A stretch of 64,000 nucleotides of DNA from contig JAHLWS010000078.1 of NCBI GenBank assembly GCA_019057795.1, positions 138,857 to 202,856 of the forward strand, written 5' to 3'. A program made the translations under genes and the position numbers. The notes under the pieces are model-generated. The model was not told the origin of the DNA, did no database searches, and saw nothing but the letters and a program-made list of their open reading frames with translations. Below, one piece after another: positions 20,315 through 30,387 of this stretch. Within the stretch, counting starts at the first letter, position 1. Each line of letters opens with the position of its first letter. This stretch comes from Promethearchaeota archaeon. Its GTDB lineage: Archaea > Asgardarchaeota > Lokiarchaeia > Sigyniarchaeales > SOKP01.

Positions 20315-22708
20315 TTACTCTTCATAATTTAAATAATATTTACCCTTCTTGAAAGAGAGTAAACCAGATTGTATTAGCGGGCTAACGGTGTCTAATAAGC
20401 TCGCATGTACAGAATTGTGCCCCTTATGTTCTTCACAAACCCATAAGTTTTTTAATCGATTATCTAGGGTAACAAGGTTGATATGATGAACTTTATATTC
20501 TGATTTTAAGAATTTTCCATCAAGAAGGCTATTTTGAGAGATCCCCAATTCAAGATGTTTCGCTAAATAGTTTTCTATTACATAGCGATGTTCAAGCATT
20601 ATATTTTGTCTACTGAGCTTTATTGCGAATGGGTTTTTGTAATCATTTGGTATTTTTCTCCATATACGATCACCAGCGCTCTCGCTTCTCTTAATGGTGC
20701 GAATATTTCCCCATCGTTCATAATAAGTTGGAATTTTATGATGATTCCATCTCCATTTATATGCTGTGGACTCTGAAATGCCGCATACTTTCGCGAGCCG
20801 TGGATCTGTCAAGTTATATTGTTTTTCTCTGACGATGGTTTCCATCCAAAACTTATTTCTATAAAGTGGATTTTCTTTTGAGCAGTCCTTGTAGGGATCA
20901 ACTGTCATACTAACTTGTCCATATTGATTAGAATTTTTCCACACATTCCAATCGTTAGGGACATGATCCCAATCGAGTGTTTTTATTTGGTGTTTTATTT
21001 CTTTTATACTCATATCACCTTTAAATTCAGCAGGCTTAATTATTTCCTTAATTTCTGAGAGATCTAGCGTTTTATAATCGAATTTGTAGTTTACATTGTA
21101 TTTTCCCTCATTAAATTGGATTTGACTAAGTTTATATAAGCAACTAAAGCAATCATTTAAGCTTCTCTGAGCACCACTATGTTCAGATTTAGTTTCATAA
21201 AGCCAAAGGTTTTCTAATCTATTGTCATTAGGAATGTGGTTGATGTGATGAACTTCACATTCACTTTTTAAATATTTTCCATCGATAAGATATTTTTTGG
21301 ATATGTCCGATTCAGGATTTTCTTTTAAATAATTTTCCATTACCACATCATGTTCTTTTCGCCTTATTCTTCCTGATGAGTTTTGTGTTAATTCAGGATG
21401 ACGGTAATCCTTTGGCATATATAATTCTACATATCCCTTATCATTAATATACCGTCCTATTTCTGCTTTAGTTGGTATATCCAACTTTTTTCGCCAATTA
21501 CCGATGGTTTTATGACTTAGGTTGTAAAGTTCGCCGATTTTTCGATCACTTAAATCTAATCTATCATCATTATAAATACGATTAAGCCATTTTTCGCTTT
21601 TATATAAAGGATTTTTTTTAGAGCAGTCTTGTGTTGGATCAAGATTAATAGGATTTCCAGTTCTTCGGTCGATGATGGTCCAATCGGGAAATTCTTCAAC
21701 CCACTCTAAGTTTTTAATGTATTCTTTTATCCGTTCTTTCCCATCAATTGCTTTCTCTTCGGTGATATTATCACTCAAATCTTGGGAAATATCACTATTC
21801 TCTAAATTATCATTTCTGAAGTTGTCATTTACATTATCAAATTCCTTATTGAAATTTTCATCATCAAGATTTACTTCAAAATCTTTTAACCAATCTAAAT
21901 CATCAATCTCATTATTTTCAGAATTTTTATCATAATCTTTTAACCAACTTAAGTCATCAAAATCTAAACTTTCTTCTTTACCACGGATTTCCACAATTTT
22001 ATCATCTTTTAGGCTCTCTTCGAATTTATTGCCCATTTCATGATTATTTGTTCCGTCTTCAATCCATTCTGCGAATTCTTTATGAATTCTATTTTGTTCC
22101 TCTAATGTATCTTCTAGATCTTCTAAAAAATCCTTATTTGTATCATTTTCCTTGAATTCACTATCAACCTCTTTTGAATCATCTAAACCTTCATCAAATC
22201 CATCTTCAAACATCCTATTATCATCTATATCTTTGTTTTTATAATCCTCTAATTCTTTAGCAGGAAATTTGTTGAGGATTGTCTGTAATTCTAATTTTTC
22301 CACCTCTGTTAAATTTTCAATCTGAGTCAGTTTAATGATTTTTGATTTTTCACTTAATTCCATTTGGTCATTTTTATACAAATTATCTCTTAAATATTCA
22401 TTAAAATTAAACATATTAGCATTATCTTCATTTAATATTACCTCTATTATCTCTTCTTTTTTAAACTCCATAGAATCTTCTTGGTGAATTCCTCTGGGAA
22501 TATCAATTTTAGATTCTTGGTTAGGATCATTTTGATCAATTTCTTTGAGTTTTTCCTCAATTTTTTCATTTGGATTCCATTTTTCATTTAAACTGACTTC
22601 TATTTCCTGATTTGTTTCTAAATCATTATTATCATTCTTAATTTCATCCTTTTCTTTTTTAATTTCGCGAACACCATAATTATTCCAATCACTACCAAAT
22701 TCGTTCAA
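20315..22708 (-). CDS. acidic low-complexity N-terminus + two (HTH-like/HNH nuclease) units
   Basis: EVHHINHIPNDNRLENLWL and KVHHINLVTLDNRLKNLWV; L.W...DP..DCSK.NPLY..W repeat shared with 16010-18427. Confidence 0.85.
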   Translation of the reverse strand: MNEFGSDWNNYGVREIKKEKDEIKNDNNDLETNQEIEVSLNEKWNPNEKIEEKLKEIDQNDPNQESKIDIPRGIHQEDSMEFKKEEIIEVILNEDNANMFNFNEYLRDNLYKNDQMELSEKSKIIKLTQIENLTEVEKLELQTILNKFPAKELEDYKNKDIDDNRMFEDGFDEGLDDSKEVDSEFKENDTNKDFLEDLEDTLEEQNRIHKEFAEWIEDGTNNHEMGNKFEESLKDDKIVEIRGKEESLDFDDLSWLKDYDKNSENNEIDDLDWLKDFEVNLDDENFNKEFDNVNDNFRNDNLENSDISQDLSDNITEEKAIDGKERIKEYIKNLEWVEEFPDWTIIDRRTGNPINLDPTQDCSKKNPLYKSEKWLNRIYNDDRLDLSDRKIGELYNLSHKTIGNWRKKLDIPTKAEIGRYINDKGYVELYMPKDYRHPELTQNSSGRIRRKEHDVVMENYLKENPESDISKKYLIDGKYLKSECEVHHINHIPNDNRLENLWLYETKSEHSGAQRSLNDCFSCLYKLSQIQFNEGKYNVNYKFDYKTLDLSEIKEIIKPAEFKGDMSIKEIKHQIKTLDWDHVPNDWNVWKNSNQYGQVSMTVDPYKDCSKENPLYRNKFWMETIVREKQYNLTDPRLAKVCGISESTAYKWRWNHHKIPTYYERWGNIRTIKRSESAGDRIWRKIPNDYKNPFAIKLSRQNIMLEHRYVIENYLAKHLELGISQNSLLDGKFLKSEYKVHHINLVTLDNRLKNLWVCEEHKGHNSVHASLLDTVSPLIQSGLLSFKKGKYYLNYEE

Positions 22709-22824
22709 AAGAGAGTCACATTTACCTTTTTTAGGTTCTTAATACAAAATATTTTTAACATATTTAAAAAAAAAATTAGAAAGAATTAATTAAAATTATA
22801 AATCAGAATTTAGATCAGATTAAA

Positions 22825-23130
22825 ACTCAGATTATAGCTGTATTTTCTTTGGATCGTAAACTTGAAAGACAATTTGAATTTTTCAACGATGTCCGCTTTT
22901 TTCCTGATCATATACATGTGTGCATCAATAAGATTGATTTACTTGAGGGAGACAGAGATAAAGGTTTAGAAGATATTAAAAGCAAGATTACTAACTTCTT
23001 CAAACAAAGAAAAATAACGGTTTCTGACTATTTTATAACTTGCGGTGAAACTGTGTCCAATTTTGAAGAGGTTGAGGAATACAACAACCATGTTGCCGAG
23101 ATGATTTTAGAGATAACAATACCTCGTTAA
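22825..23130 (+). pseudogene. orphan diverged 3' half of the small GTPase (19890-20192)
   Basis: TQIIAVFSLDRKLERQFEFFNDVRFFPDHIHVCINKIDLL vs TQIIAIFSCDRDVKTQFEFFNDVRFFPDKINLCINKVDLL; lacks G1-G3. Confidence 0.9.
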
Positions 23131-23154
23131 AGCAATAAATTTATGATTTTTCTC

Positions 23155-23670
23155 TTATTCTTTTAACTTTAAGGCTAATTTTACAAACAATTTATGCATA
23201 TTGAGAGTATAGCCTATTAAAGAAGTTAATTGCACACGGTCGCTATTTTTATCAATTAAAAGATATCCTTTTTTTTCTAACGCTTTTAAATCTTCATTTA
23301 TATCTTTCTTGCGTCTCAATTTACTAACCTCATGAATTGAAGAAACACCCGAATTTTTAAGGCATAAGGTTAAGGTACATAATAACGTTGCTGCCAAACT
23401 CGGCTTTCCTTCAAATGGATTAGCTGAAATCAATTCCGAGATTTCAGGATCATAATTTAAAAACCAATGCGAATCTAATGGATTATACCTAATCTGAAAA
23501 CCTAGTGGTTCAAGATAAGTTGATAGTCCAGTAATTAGGTTTTGGAAATAAATAGATTTGTTCTTATGATTCGCATTTAGTTGTTCTAAAATCTCTTCTT
23601 TAGTAGCTCCTATTTGATATAAACTTTTCTTTCTACTTAATAAATGCATTAGGACTGAAATTTCATTCAT
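23155..23670 (-). CDS. ScpB/KITE-like tandem winged-helix SMC accessory protein
   Basis: Size, position after SMC and kleisin-like gene, two wH-like segments (ATKEEIL...; DLKALEKKGYL). Confidence 0.6.
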   Translation of the reverse strand: MNEISVLMHLLSRKKSLYQIGATKEEILEQLNANHKNKSIYFQNLITGLSTYLEPLGFQIRYNPLDSHWFLNYDPEISELISANPFEGKPSLAATLLCTLTLCLKNSGVSSIHEVSKLRRKKDINEDLKALEKKGYLLIDKNSDRVQLTSLIGYTLNMHKLFVKLALKLKE

Positions 23671-23682
23671 TTTTTTTTAACC

Positions 23683-24333
23683 TCAAATATATAATGTATT
23701 AGTATTTTTTTCATATTTTATTTTGCCTAACTGGAGTAGGTGCAAAAGATATACAAAATATTCGTAGACTTTAATTTGATCTAGCTCATCATCAAAGACA
23801 TCTTCAAAATAACATGGTAGTTTTTCTTTAATTTTATTAAAGAATAACGTCATTTTTTCAGTAAATTTATATTTTGGAATTTCTAATAAAAATTGGTCGT
23901 CTATTTTTCCTTTTTTCAAATGCTTAATCTCTAATTCTATTATTCTTTCTTTACAATAACGCTCTGAAGCGTATTCCAAGAAATTTAGCGACATTCCATC
24001 CAAGTAAAAAACTTTCCTCCAACACCCTTTAAAAATTTCGTATATCTCCTCGTCCTCAGGATGACCCTTCATAAATTCAAAGAACTTTTCATCAATATTT
24101 AAAGAACTGAGTAATTTCTTTAATTCCTCGAATTTTTCGTTGAGTAATTCGCACACATTTTTGTAGGTTAAGGAATAATTTTCGATGTTGAAAATACTAA
24201 GTGAATCTTTTAGTTCATGAAATAGAGGATTTAATTCTAATTCTAACAAGGAAGTTTTACCTGAAAGAATGTCATCCTTAATAATTTCGATCTTTTTATT
24301 TAATTCCTCTGATAAATCTATATTTTCTGTCAT
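23683..24333 (-). CDS. ScpA/kleisin-like SMC accessory protein
   Basis: C-terminal YFVYLLHLLQLGKIKY resembles the kleisin C-terminal wH; ATGA overlap with SMC. Confidence 0.65.
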   Translation of the reverse strand: MTENIDLSEELNKKIEIIKDDILSGKTSLLELELNPLFHELKDSLSIFNIENYSLTYKNVCELLNEKFEELKKLLSSLNIDEKFFEFMKGHPEDEEIYEIFKGCWRKVFYLDGMSLNFLEYASERYCKERIIELEIKHLKKGKIDDQFLLEIPKYKFTEKMTLFFNKIKEKLPCYFEDVFDDELDQIKVYEYFVYLLHLLQLGKIKYEKNTNTLYI

Positions 24334-27300
24334 TTGCTTTCTTTCACAATTTTAGGATTGAAAATTGTCGATACTTCGTTTTTGCCAACTCTGGCGACTC
24401 CAATTAACTTATCGGCAAGTAAATATAATGGATTTGAAGATTTTGGTAGAAATATTAACATTTGAATAGCATTCTGCTCAATCGTTGTTTTTATCATTTG
24501 ATACGAAGCTTCAGAATTCTTTTCGTCTAAAAACATTCCTGCCTCGTCAAACATACATAATGGCGAGGGTTTTATCTCTTGAAGCGATAAAATTAAGCTA
24601 ATAGAAATCATCGAAATTTGACCTCCACTTAAGGCGGTACAAGATTTTAATTTATCCTTAGAGATGGCGGCTTTAATATCTATTCCCAATTCTTCAAAAT
24701 TTCCTATTAAATCCAGAGTACAATATGCTTTAATGTTTGCGGAAATAAATTTTTGATTAATTTTTAAATTTAAGTCTTTTAATACTAATTTAAATTTGTT
24801 GTAATATGTTTCTTCAAGTTTATTTTCAGTTTTAATCGCAGCTTTTATATCTCTTTCTATGTCTTTCTGATTTTTAGTGATTTCTTTTAACCCCGTTAAA
24901 ATCTGTTCCTTTTCTACTAAAATCGAATCATCAACATCTAAATAATTCAACAACTTTTTGTCGATAATTAGAATGTCCTGGTTAATTTCCTCTATTGAGC
25001 GAATAGACATTTTTTTTTCTGAAATTAAGGGACCTATTTCAGAATTGATGCGTTCTAAATCGTTTTTCTTTGCTCCCAATTCAAGTTTTATAGAAGATAG
25101 CTTGAAATTTTCTTGCTCCAAGCTTAATTTTAGTTGAATATGCATTTTATCGATTTCGCTCTTATCTTTATAAAATGCAATTTTTTGGTCTTGTAAACTT
25201 AAGATAATAGCGTCAACCTTGTTAATTTCATCATCAATAGCGTCTAATTTTCTATAAATTTCAAATGCTTTTTTATCTGAGTTTTTGAAATTTACTTTTT
25301 TTGAATCGAAATCTTTTTTTAATATTCTTAATTCGTTTTTATGGGGGTTTATCCTTACATCAATATCTTTTAACGTTCCTAGATTGCCATCTAATTTCGT
25401 ATCCCATTTTTTTAAATCATTATTTAGATTGTTTAATTCGATAGGAATTTCCTTTATCCTTTCGTTCCATTTAAAAAATTCGGGTTCTTTTTGCGATTCT
25501 AACTCGTTTATTTTTTTTACTATATCTTCAATTTTCTCGTTTGTCTCTGTAATATTTTGTTCTAGTGAATAAACTAAATTATAAAACTGATTTTTTTTTG
25601 AAGTCAGTCTTTCTTTTTGTTTGAAATTGTATAAAAGGTCGTTAAACGATTCTTTTTTCCTGAAAATCTCGCCTTGCAACTTATCTATCTGAGATTGTTT
25701 TACTTTTAACTCTAAAATGTTATCGTTTAGCGATTCAATTTCTTTTTCCAAGAGGTTTGATTGTTCTTTTTGAGTTCCTGGACTTAATAACCCTTTAAGC
25801 CGTCTTATAAATGGACTTTCGTATGCGTATTTGTATGATATAATTTGTTTTCCTTTTAAAGTCACACACTTACCTTTGAAATTATGTATTCTATAAAGAT
25901 CTTTTGCAGAGAGGTAATCCCTGACAACAACACAATTTTTAATTTTTGAATAAATGACTTTTTGGACGTCTAAATCACCGCCAACAACTTTAATTAATTC
26001 CGCTAAATAGCCAATTACGCCCTGCGCCATAATCTTTGGTAATGGAGCAACTCTGACATCCTTAGGTATATATATGTTGCAATAAGCATTATATTTCTTT
26101 TTTAACTTCTCTACTAAATTTAGAGTATCCCAATCGTTCGCAATAAAGCTATTAAGTAACCTTTCTCCCAAAACTGATTCAATAGCATAGCTTAACTCGT
26201 CGTCGTATTTTAAATATTCAATTATTGGTCCTTTAACTCTATCGTCTAGTTCTCTTTTCTTAATTTCCTCTTTAAGAATGTTAATATTAGCTGAAAGAAC
26301 AATTTTACGTTCTCTTAACGCAGTTTGGAGTAACTTGAATTTTATAATTTTTTTTGTTTTTTCATATTCTAACTGTTCCACTTCAGATATTAATTTAAAT
26401 AAGCTTACGGTTACTTTCTTAAGGTCTTTATCGAGTTGGGTCAACAAATCTTTTGTAGGGTTTTCTAAAAACCACCTATTCTTTTCTAGTTTGTAATCTA
26501 TGTCACTCAAACTCTGAAAAATATCATTGATGTCTCTTTTAATATTTTTAATATTGTTTTCATTGTCTTGGATTTTCCTGACATTATTTTCCTTTTCATA
26601 GGTTAACTGGTTATATTTTTCTAAAAAATCTTGATTCTCTTTAATCTTTATCGTAATTTCATTTTGTTCTTTAATTAAATTATCAATTTTGCTTTTAATT
26701 GAAATTTTCTTCTTTTTAACTATGTCGATCTCACTTATTATGTTTTGCCTCTGCTTCTCTAGCTTATCTATTACTTTTTCATATTCAGAGATTTTTCCAG
26801 ATAAGATGTCTAATTCTTGCTTTGCTTTTATTTTTTCATTTTGCCACGCATCTATTTTTTTAACTAATTCTTTTTTTCTGTAATTTAATTCTCCTACTTT
26901 TTTTGATGAACTAATAAGGTTGCTATCTATTTCAGAAATCTTTCTCTCTTTTTCTTTAATTAAATTTTGATACTTGTCAATTTCATTGGTAATTAAATTT
27001 ATTTGATCTTGACTTTTTTTAACATTTAACTCGAGAACTTCAATTTCTTTCTGAAGCATGCTCTTATTTGCCCATAATAGTTCATCGTTATACTTTTTTC
27101 TAATTTCGAGTAATTCCTTTTTCTCATCTAATCGTTCTAATTTTGGTATTAAGAAGTCGAGGTTTATATTTAAAGAGTTTTTCCGGGTAATTAAAGATTT
27201 AAACTCTGTGTTTAATGTAAATACGCTATTTTTTTGTTGTAAAATCTCCTCTCGTAAACCTTTAAGCCCCATTCCCTCTTCTAAAAAGGAACAGAGTTCG

Positions 27301-27824
27301 ATGGGTTTTAAGCTTTTAATAGTATCGATTTTGCCTTGACTTACAAAGGCAAATTGATTATCTGGATTAATTTCTAACTTTGACACAAGTTTTTGAATTT
27401 CAATTGCGTGAACCTTTTTGAAATTCTTATCATTTTTTAACTGAATCTCAAAAGATGGAGATTTTCCTCTTATTACTGTCCTTCTTATTTTAACTACTTC
27501 ATTATGGTATTGAATATGAAGTTCCACCATAGCGTGATTTTGCCCATCTCTTATAAAATCAGACCATTTCTTATAACGCTCGTCTCTTTCGTTACTACCT
27601 AAAGCAAACTTAATTGCTTGAAAAATTGATGTCTTCCCGCTCCAATTCGGACCGATTATTAAAATAAAGCGAGGTATATCTTGATTTTTCCGAATCAAGA
27701 AATCTACTTCGTCTCTTTGAAAAGATAAGAAATTCTCTAAAATAACTTTACGGATAAAAACACTATTTTTTATCGCTTGACTTTTATCGTTTTCCTTAAC
27801 TTTTTTTATAGAAGAAACAGCCGT
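24330..27824 (-). CDS. smc: SMC-family ATPase (SMC5/6-like)
   Basis: N-terminal FIRKVILENFLSF lies upstream of the track start (frame open to 27830; candidate ACG start at 27824); Walker A GPNWSGKT, INPDNQFAFVSQ, coiled coils, hinge GPIIEYL, LSGGQ, MFDEAG. Confidence 0.9.
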   Translation of the reverse strand, partial: TAVSSIKKVKENDKSQAIKNSVFIRKVILENFLSFQRDEVDFLIRKNQDIPRFILIIGPNWSGKTSIFQAIKFALGSNERDERYKKWSDFIRDGQNHAMVELHIQYHNEVVKIRRTVIRGKSPSFEIQLKNDKNFKKVHAIEIQKLVSKLEINPDNQFAFVSQGKIDTIKSLKPIELCSFLEEGMGLKGLREEILQQKNSVFTLNTEFKSLITRKNSLNINLDFLIPKLERLDEKKELLEIRKKYNDELLWANKSMLQKEIEVLELNVKKSQDQINLITNEIDKYQNLIKEKERKISEIDSNLISSSKKVGELNYRKKELVKKIDAWQNEKIKAKQELDILSGKISEYEKVIDKLEKQRQNIISEIDIVKKKKISIKSKIDNLIKEQNEITIKIKENQDFLEKYNQLTYEKENNVRKIQDNENNIKNIKRDINDIFQSLSDIDYKLEKNRWFLENPTKDLLTQLDKDLKKVTVSLFKLISEVEQLEYEKTKKIIKFKLLQTALRERKIVLSANINILKEEIKKRELDDRVKGPIIEYLKYDDELSYAIESVLGERLLNSFIANDWDTLNLVEKLKKKYNAYCNIYIPKDVRVAPLPKIMAQGVIGYLAELIKVVGGDLDVQKVIYSKIKNCVVVRDYLSAKDLYRIHNFKGKCVTLKGKQIISYKYAYESPFIRRLKGLLSPGTQKEQSNLLEKEIESLNDNILELKVKQSQIDKLQGEIFRKKESFNDLLYNFKQKERLTSKKNQFYNLVYSLEQNITETNEKIEDIVKKINELESQKEPEFFKWNERIKEIPIELNNLNNDLKKWDTKLDGNLGTLKDIDVRINPHKNELRILKKDFDSKKVNFKNSDKKAFEIYRKLDAIDDEINKVDAIILSLQDQKIAFYKDKSEIDKMHIQLKLSLEQENFKLSSIKLELGAKKNDLERINSEIGPLISEKKMSIRSIEEINQDILIIDKKLLNYLDVDDSILVEKEQILTGLKEITKNQKDIERDIKAAIKTENKLEETYYNKFKLVLKDLNLKINQKFISANIKAYCTLDLIGNFEELGIDIKAAISKDKLKSCTALSGGQISMISISLILSLQEIKPSPLCMFDEAGMFLDEKNSEASYQMIKTTIEQNAIQMLIFLPKSSNPLYLLADKLIGVARVGKNEVSTIFNPKIVKESK

Positions 27825-27841
27825 TTTTTCTCATCCCTTAT

Positions 27842-29131
27842 TTATCTTTTTCCAAATGCTCGTTTTAAATTGTCAATACGCTTTTTAGCCTTTTCTAGAT
27901 TAATTTGAGCCATATTGGGACTATCGTTTAAAACGAAAGAATATTTAGCCAAAATCTTTCTATCATTGTCTTCTAACGGTTCTTGCTTATTCAACTTGTC
28001 TATTATAAGTAAAACCTCACCATAATTTTTAGAAGCGGCGCTTTCGTACAATTGACTTAACATAAAATCTGAAATTCTTTCTTCTTTTATCTGGGTTATA
28101 AAATTCTTTATATCATTAGTATTTATTATCTCATATCTTTCTTTCGTTGAAATTTTATTAATCAAATTTTGTTTGTCGTTAGTTCCTCCATATAGAACTT
28201 CCCTTTCAGTAATTGCTTCGGGAAGTGAGGGAAAGTATTCGCCAGATTCTATTAAATTAATTAATACATCTGTAATCTCGTTGCTTGATTCGTTTAACTC
28301 AGAATTAAGGAAGTGTTTAAATATACCCACTCTCAATAATCGATTTAGATCTTTAACTTCCCAATTACTGGTGTATTCTACTAAGGTTTTAATATCAAAA
28401 ACGATTTTTGGATTTTTTTCTGAAAAGTTTCTTAAAATAGTCTCCCTTTCGATTTTATCTAACAAAGGGATTTTTATGAACAAATCAAAGGCTTCAAAAA
28501 TCAACCTTGAATTTACTTCGATTTCTTGAAATTTATTATTGATCCAAATTAAAATTAACCCCTCTTTTATTAATGACTTCTTTTCTTTAAAAGAAACTAT
28601 AAAGAGTTCTAATAGATTTTTTTCTTTTAATAAAACCTCAGAAAAATTATGTTGATTAATCACTAACAATCTTTTTATTTTGTTTTCTTCTGTTTTATAT
28701 TCATTTATCTGGGGTCTTTTACTATTTTCGATTTCTTTTTTTTTAATTATATCCTTATTCTTAACAATATTTTCTAGAATGGATATAAAGTTGCTGAAAA
28801 AATCTTCAGGGGACTTAACGATTTCCTCTTGCTTTAATTCAATAAAATCCAAATAATAGTTATTTGAAATTAATTTTAAATAATCAATAATATCAGTTCC
28901 AGAATTTATGTTAATTAGAAGGACGCCTTTTGGTTGTATAAATTTAGCATAACTCTGAACAATCGACTCCTCGTGGTTTGTCAACATTATTTTCAAATAA
29001 TTAATAATGTCATTATATTTATCGCGATAGAAAATATCGTCTCGATCAATTTCAAATTCATTTGGAGTAATTAATCGAACATATTTAGAGAATTTTAATT
29101 CGTCATCTGAACGTTCCATAGAGAATTTCAT
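27842..29131 (-). CDS. degenerate (probably inactive) AAA+ ATPase-like protein
   Basis: QPKGVLLININSGT (eroded Walker A), FDLFIKIPLLDKIERETIL and T..W...DL..L lid motifs. Confidence 0.6.
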   Translation of the reverse strand: MKFSMERSDDELKFSKYVRLITPNEFEIDRDDIFYRDKYNDIINYLKIMLTNHEESIVQSYAKFIQPKGVLLININSGTDIIDYLKLISNNYYLDFIELKQEEIVKSPEDFFSNFISILENIVKNKDIIKKKEIENSKRPQINEYKTEENKIKRLLVINQHNFSEVLLKEKNLLELFIVSFKEKKSLIKEGLILIWINNKFQEIEVNSRLIFEAFDLFIKIPLLDKIERETILRNFSEKNPKIVFDIKTLVEYTSNWEVKDLNRLLRVGIFKHFLNSELNESSNEITDVLINLIESGEYFPSLPEAITEREVLYGGTNDKQNLINKISTKERYEIINTNDIKNFITQIKEERISDFMLSQLYESAASKNYGEVLLIIDKLNKQEPLEDNDRKILAKYSFVLNDSPNMAQINLEKAKKRIDNLKRAFGKR

Positions 29132-29364
29132 CTACTTGTTAAATAATTTTTTTGAACATTATTTTCATGACAATTATCACATATATATTTAGCGATAGCT
29201 CATCGCCCGACAAAAATAGATACATTAAAATATACGAATTTATAATACAAACTTCTTAGTTATTAAATTCACAAAGGAAATATATTAAAATCAAATAGAG
29301 TAAAGGAATTTACAATAATATTGATAATAAATAAAAGAATAGAAAATTTAATTTTTTAAGTGCT

Positions 29365-29619
29365 TTACTTCTTCCCTTCTATCCCATAAAAGCAAAAATA
29401 CGCGCCTTCTAAATCGTATTGTGAAAATAAGTCACAACCGAAACAGTTGCAACCATGATCTTCAACTTCTGACATTGGTTTTTTTGTTTTTCCCCGTGCG
29501 CAGAAAAGGGCGTGTGGCTCAAACTCATTTAACTTGTTCGGCTTAAATGACGGGCAAGGGCCACAGAAGCGTCTACAAACATTCATTGACTCTTCTGTAT
29601 CCGGTACTGGTTTTGGCAT
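29365..29619 (-). CDS. small Cys-rich protein (DUF2769-like)
   Basis: C...CGPCPS...LFCARG...GCNCFGC...YFC..G. Confidence 0.75.
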   Translation of the reverse strand: MPKPVPDTEESMNVCRRFCGPCPSFKPNKLNEFEPHALFCARGKTKKPMSEVEDHGCNCFGCDLFSQYDLEGAYFCFYGIEGKK

Positions 29620-29818
29620 TTCTTCTAATTCACCTTATCGGTTAATATTTTTTATTAGTTTTGTAATATTATTAATAAAGAGTTTAAACTATTATTTTAT
29701 ATTGATTGAATTAGAAGTAGCCAATTAAACTTTTAATTATTGTATTTATAACTTATTAATTTTGGATAAGAATGCTCATAACCTTAGGCTTCCATTATAC
29801 AAAACATAGGATGTTAAA

Positions 29819-30211
29819 TTAAATAACATGTAATGCTTGGTTTAAAATATCTAAATTTTTAACAAATTCTTCCTTAAATAGATGATAATACGTAAATTTT
29901 TGTTTTTTATATCCTTGTATTAATCCTGCTACTACAAGCTTTCTTAAATGATGAGATATTGTCGATTGGGACTTATCTAATATAGTTTCTAATTCGCATA
30001 CACATCTATCTTGTTCTTTTAAAGCGTTAATAATGATCAACCTTTCTTTAGACGCTAAAGCCAATGTGAATTTCTCAATCGCATCAAATGTTTTATTTTC
30101 TTCTAATTCTTTCCCAAATTTTAGCAAATTATTAAAGAAACCATTTGAGTTAGAGCATTCTTTACAAGCACATAGCATTATCTTAATTTCTGATTCGCGT
30201 TTTTCTTTCAT
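29819..30211 (-). CDS. arsR: ArsR/SmtB transcriptional repressor
   Basis: RLIII..L...DRCVCELE...SQSTISHHL..L; divergent from acr3. Confidence 0.9.
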   Translation of the reverse strand: MKEKRESEIKIMLCACKECSNSNGFFNNLLKFGKELEENKTFDAIEKFTLALASKERLIIINALKEQDRCVCELETILDKSQSTISHHLRKLVVAGLIQGYKKQKFTYYHLFKEEFVKNLDILNQALHVI

Positions 30212-30264
30212 AAACTAAATTCCTTTTTATATTTTACAAAATACTTTTATCTTATATATAAAAG

Positions 30265-30330
30265 TAAATCGATAAATATAAATCTATAACATTTTAAGGT
30301 TTCTTTACGCTCAAATCGACAACCTTAAAT
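30265..30330. promoter_or_regulatory. arsR/acr3 divergent promoter with putative ArsR operator; duplicated at 34826-34891
   Basis: Imperfect palindrome ATCGATAAATATAAATCTAT; 24-bp and 20-bp blocks recur identically 4561 bp downstream. Confidence 0.7.
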
Positions 30331-30387
30331 TTGAAGTACAACTTTTATCAAATAATAATTATTCAATCTTAAAGGAATTAAGTAAAA

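Noticed and set aside
22849-23130. Independent 93-aa gene
   Set aside because: Similarity to the GTPase starts upstream of the TTG (22825) and G1-G3 are missing; it is a 3' remnant
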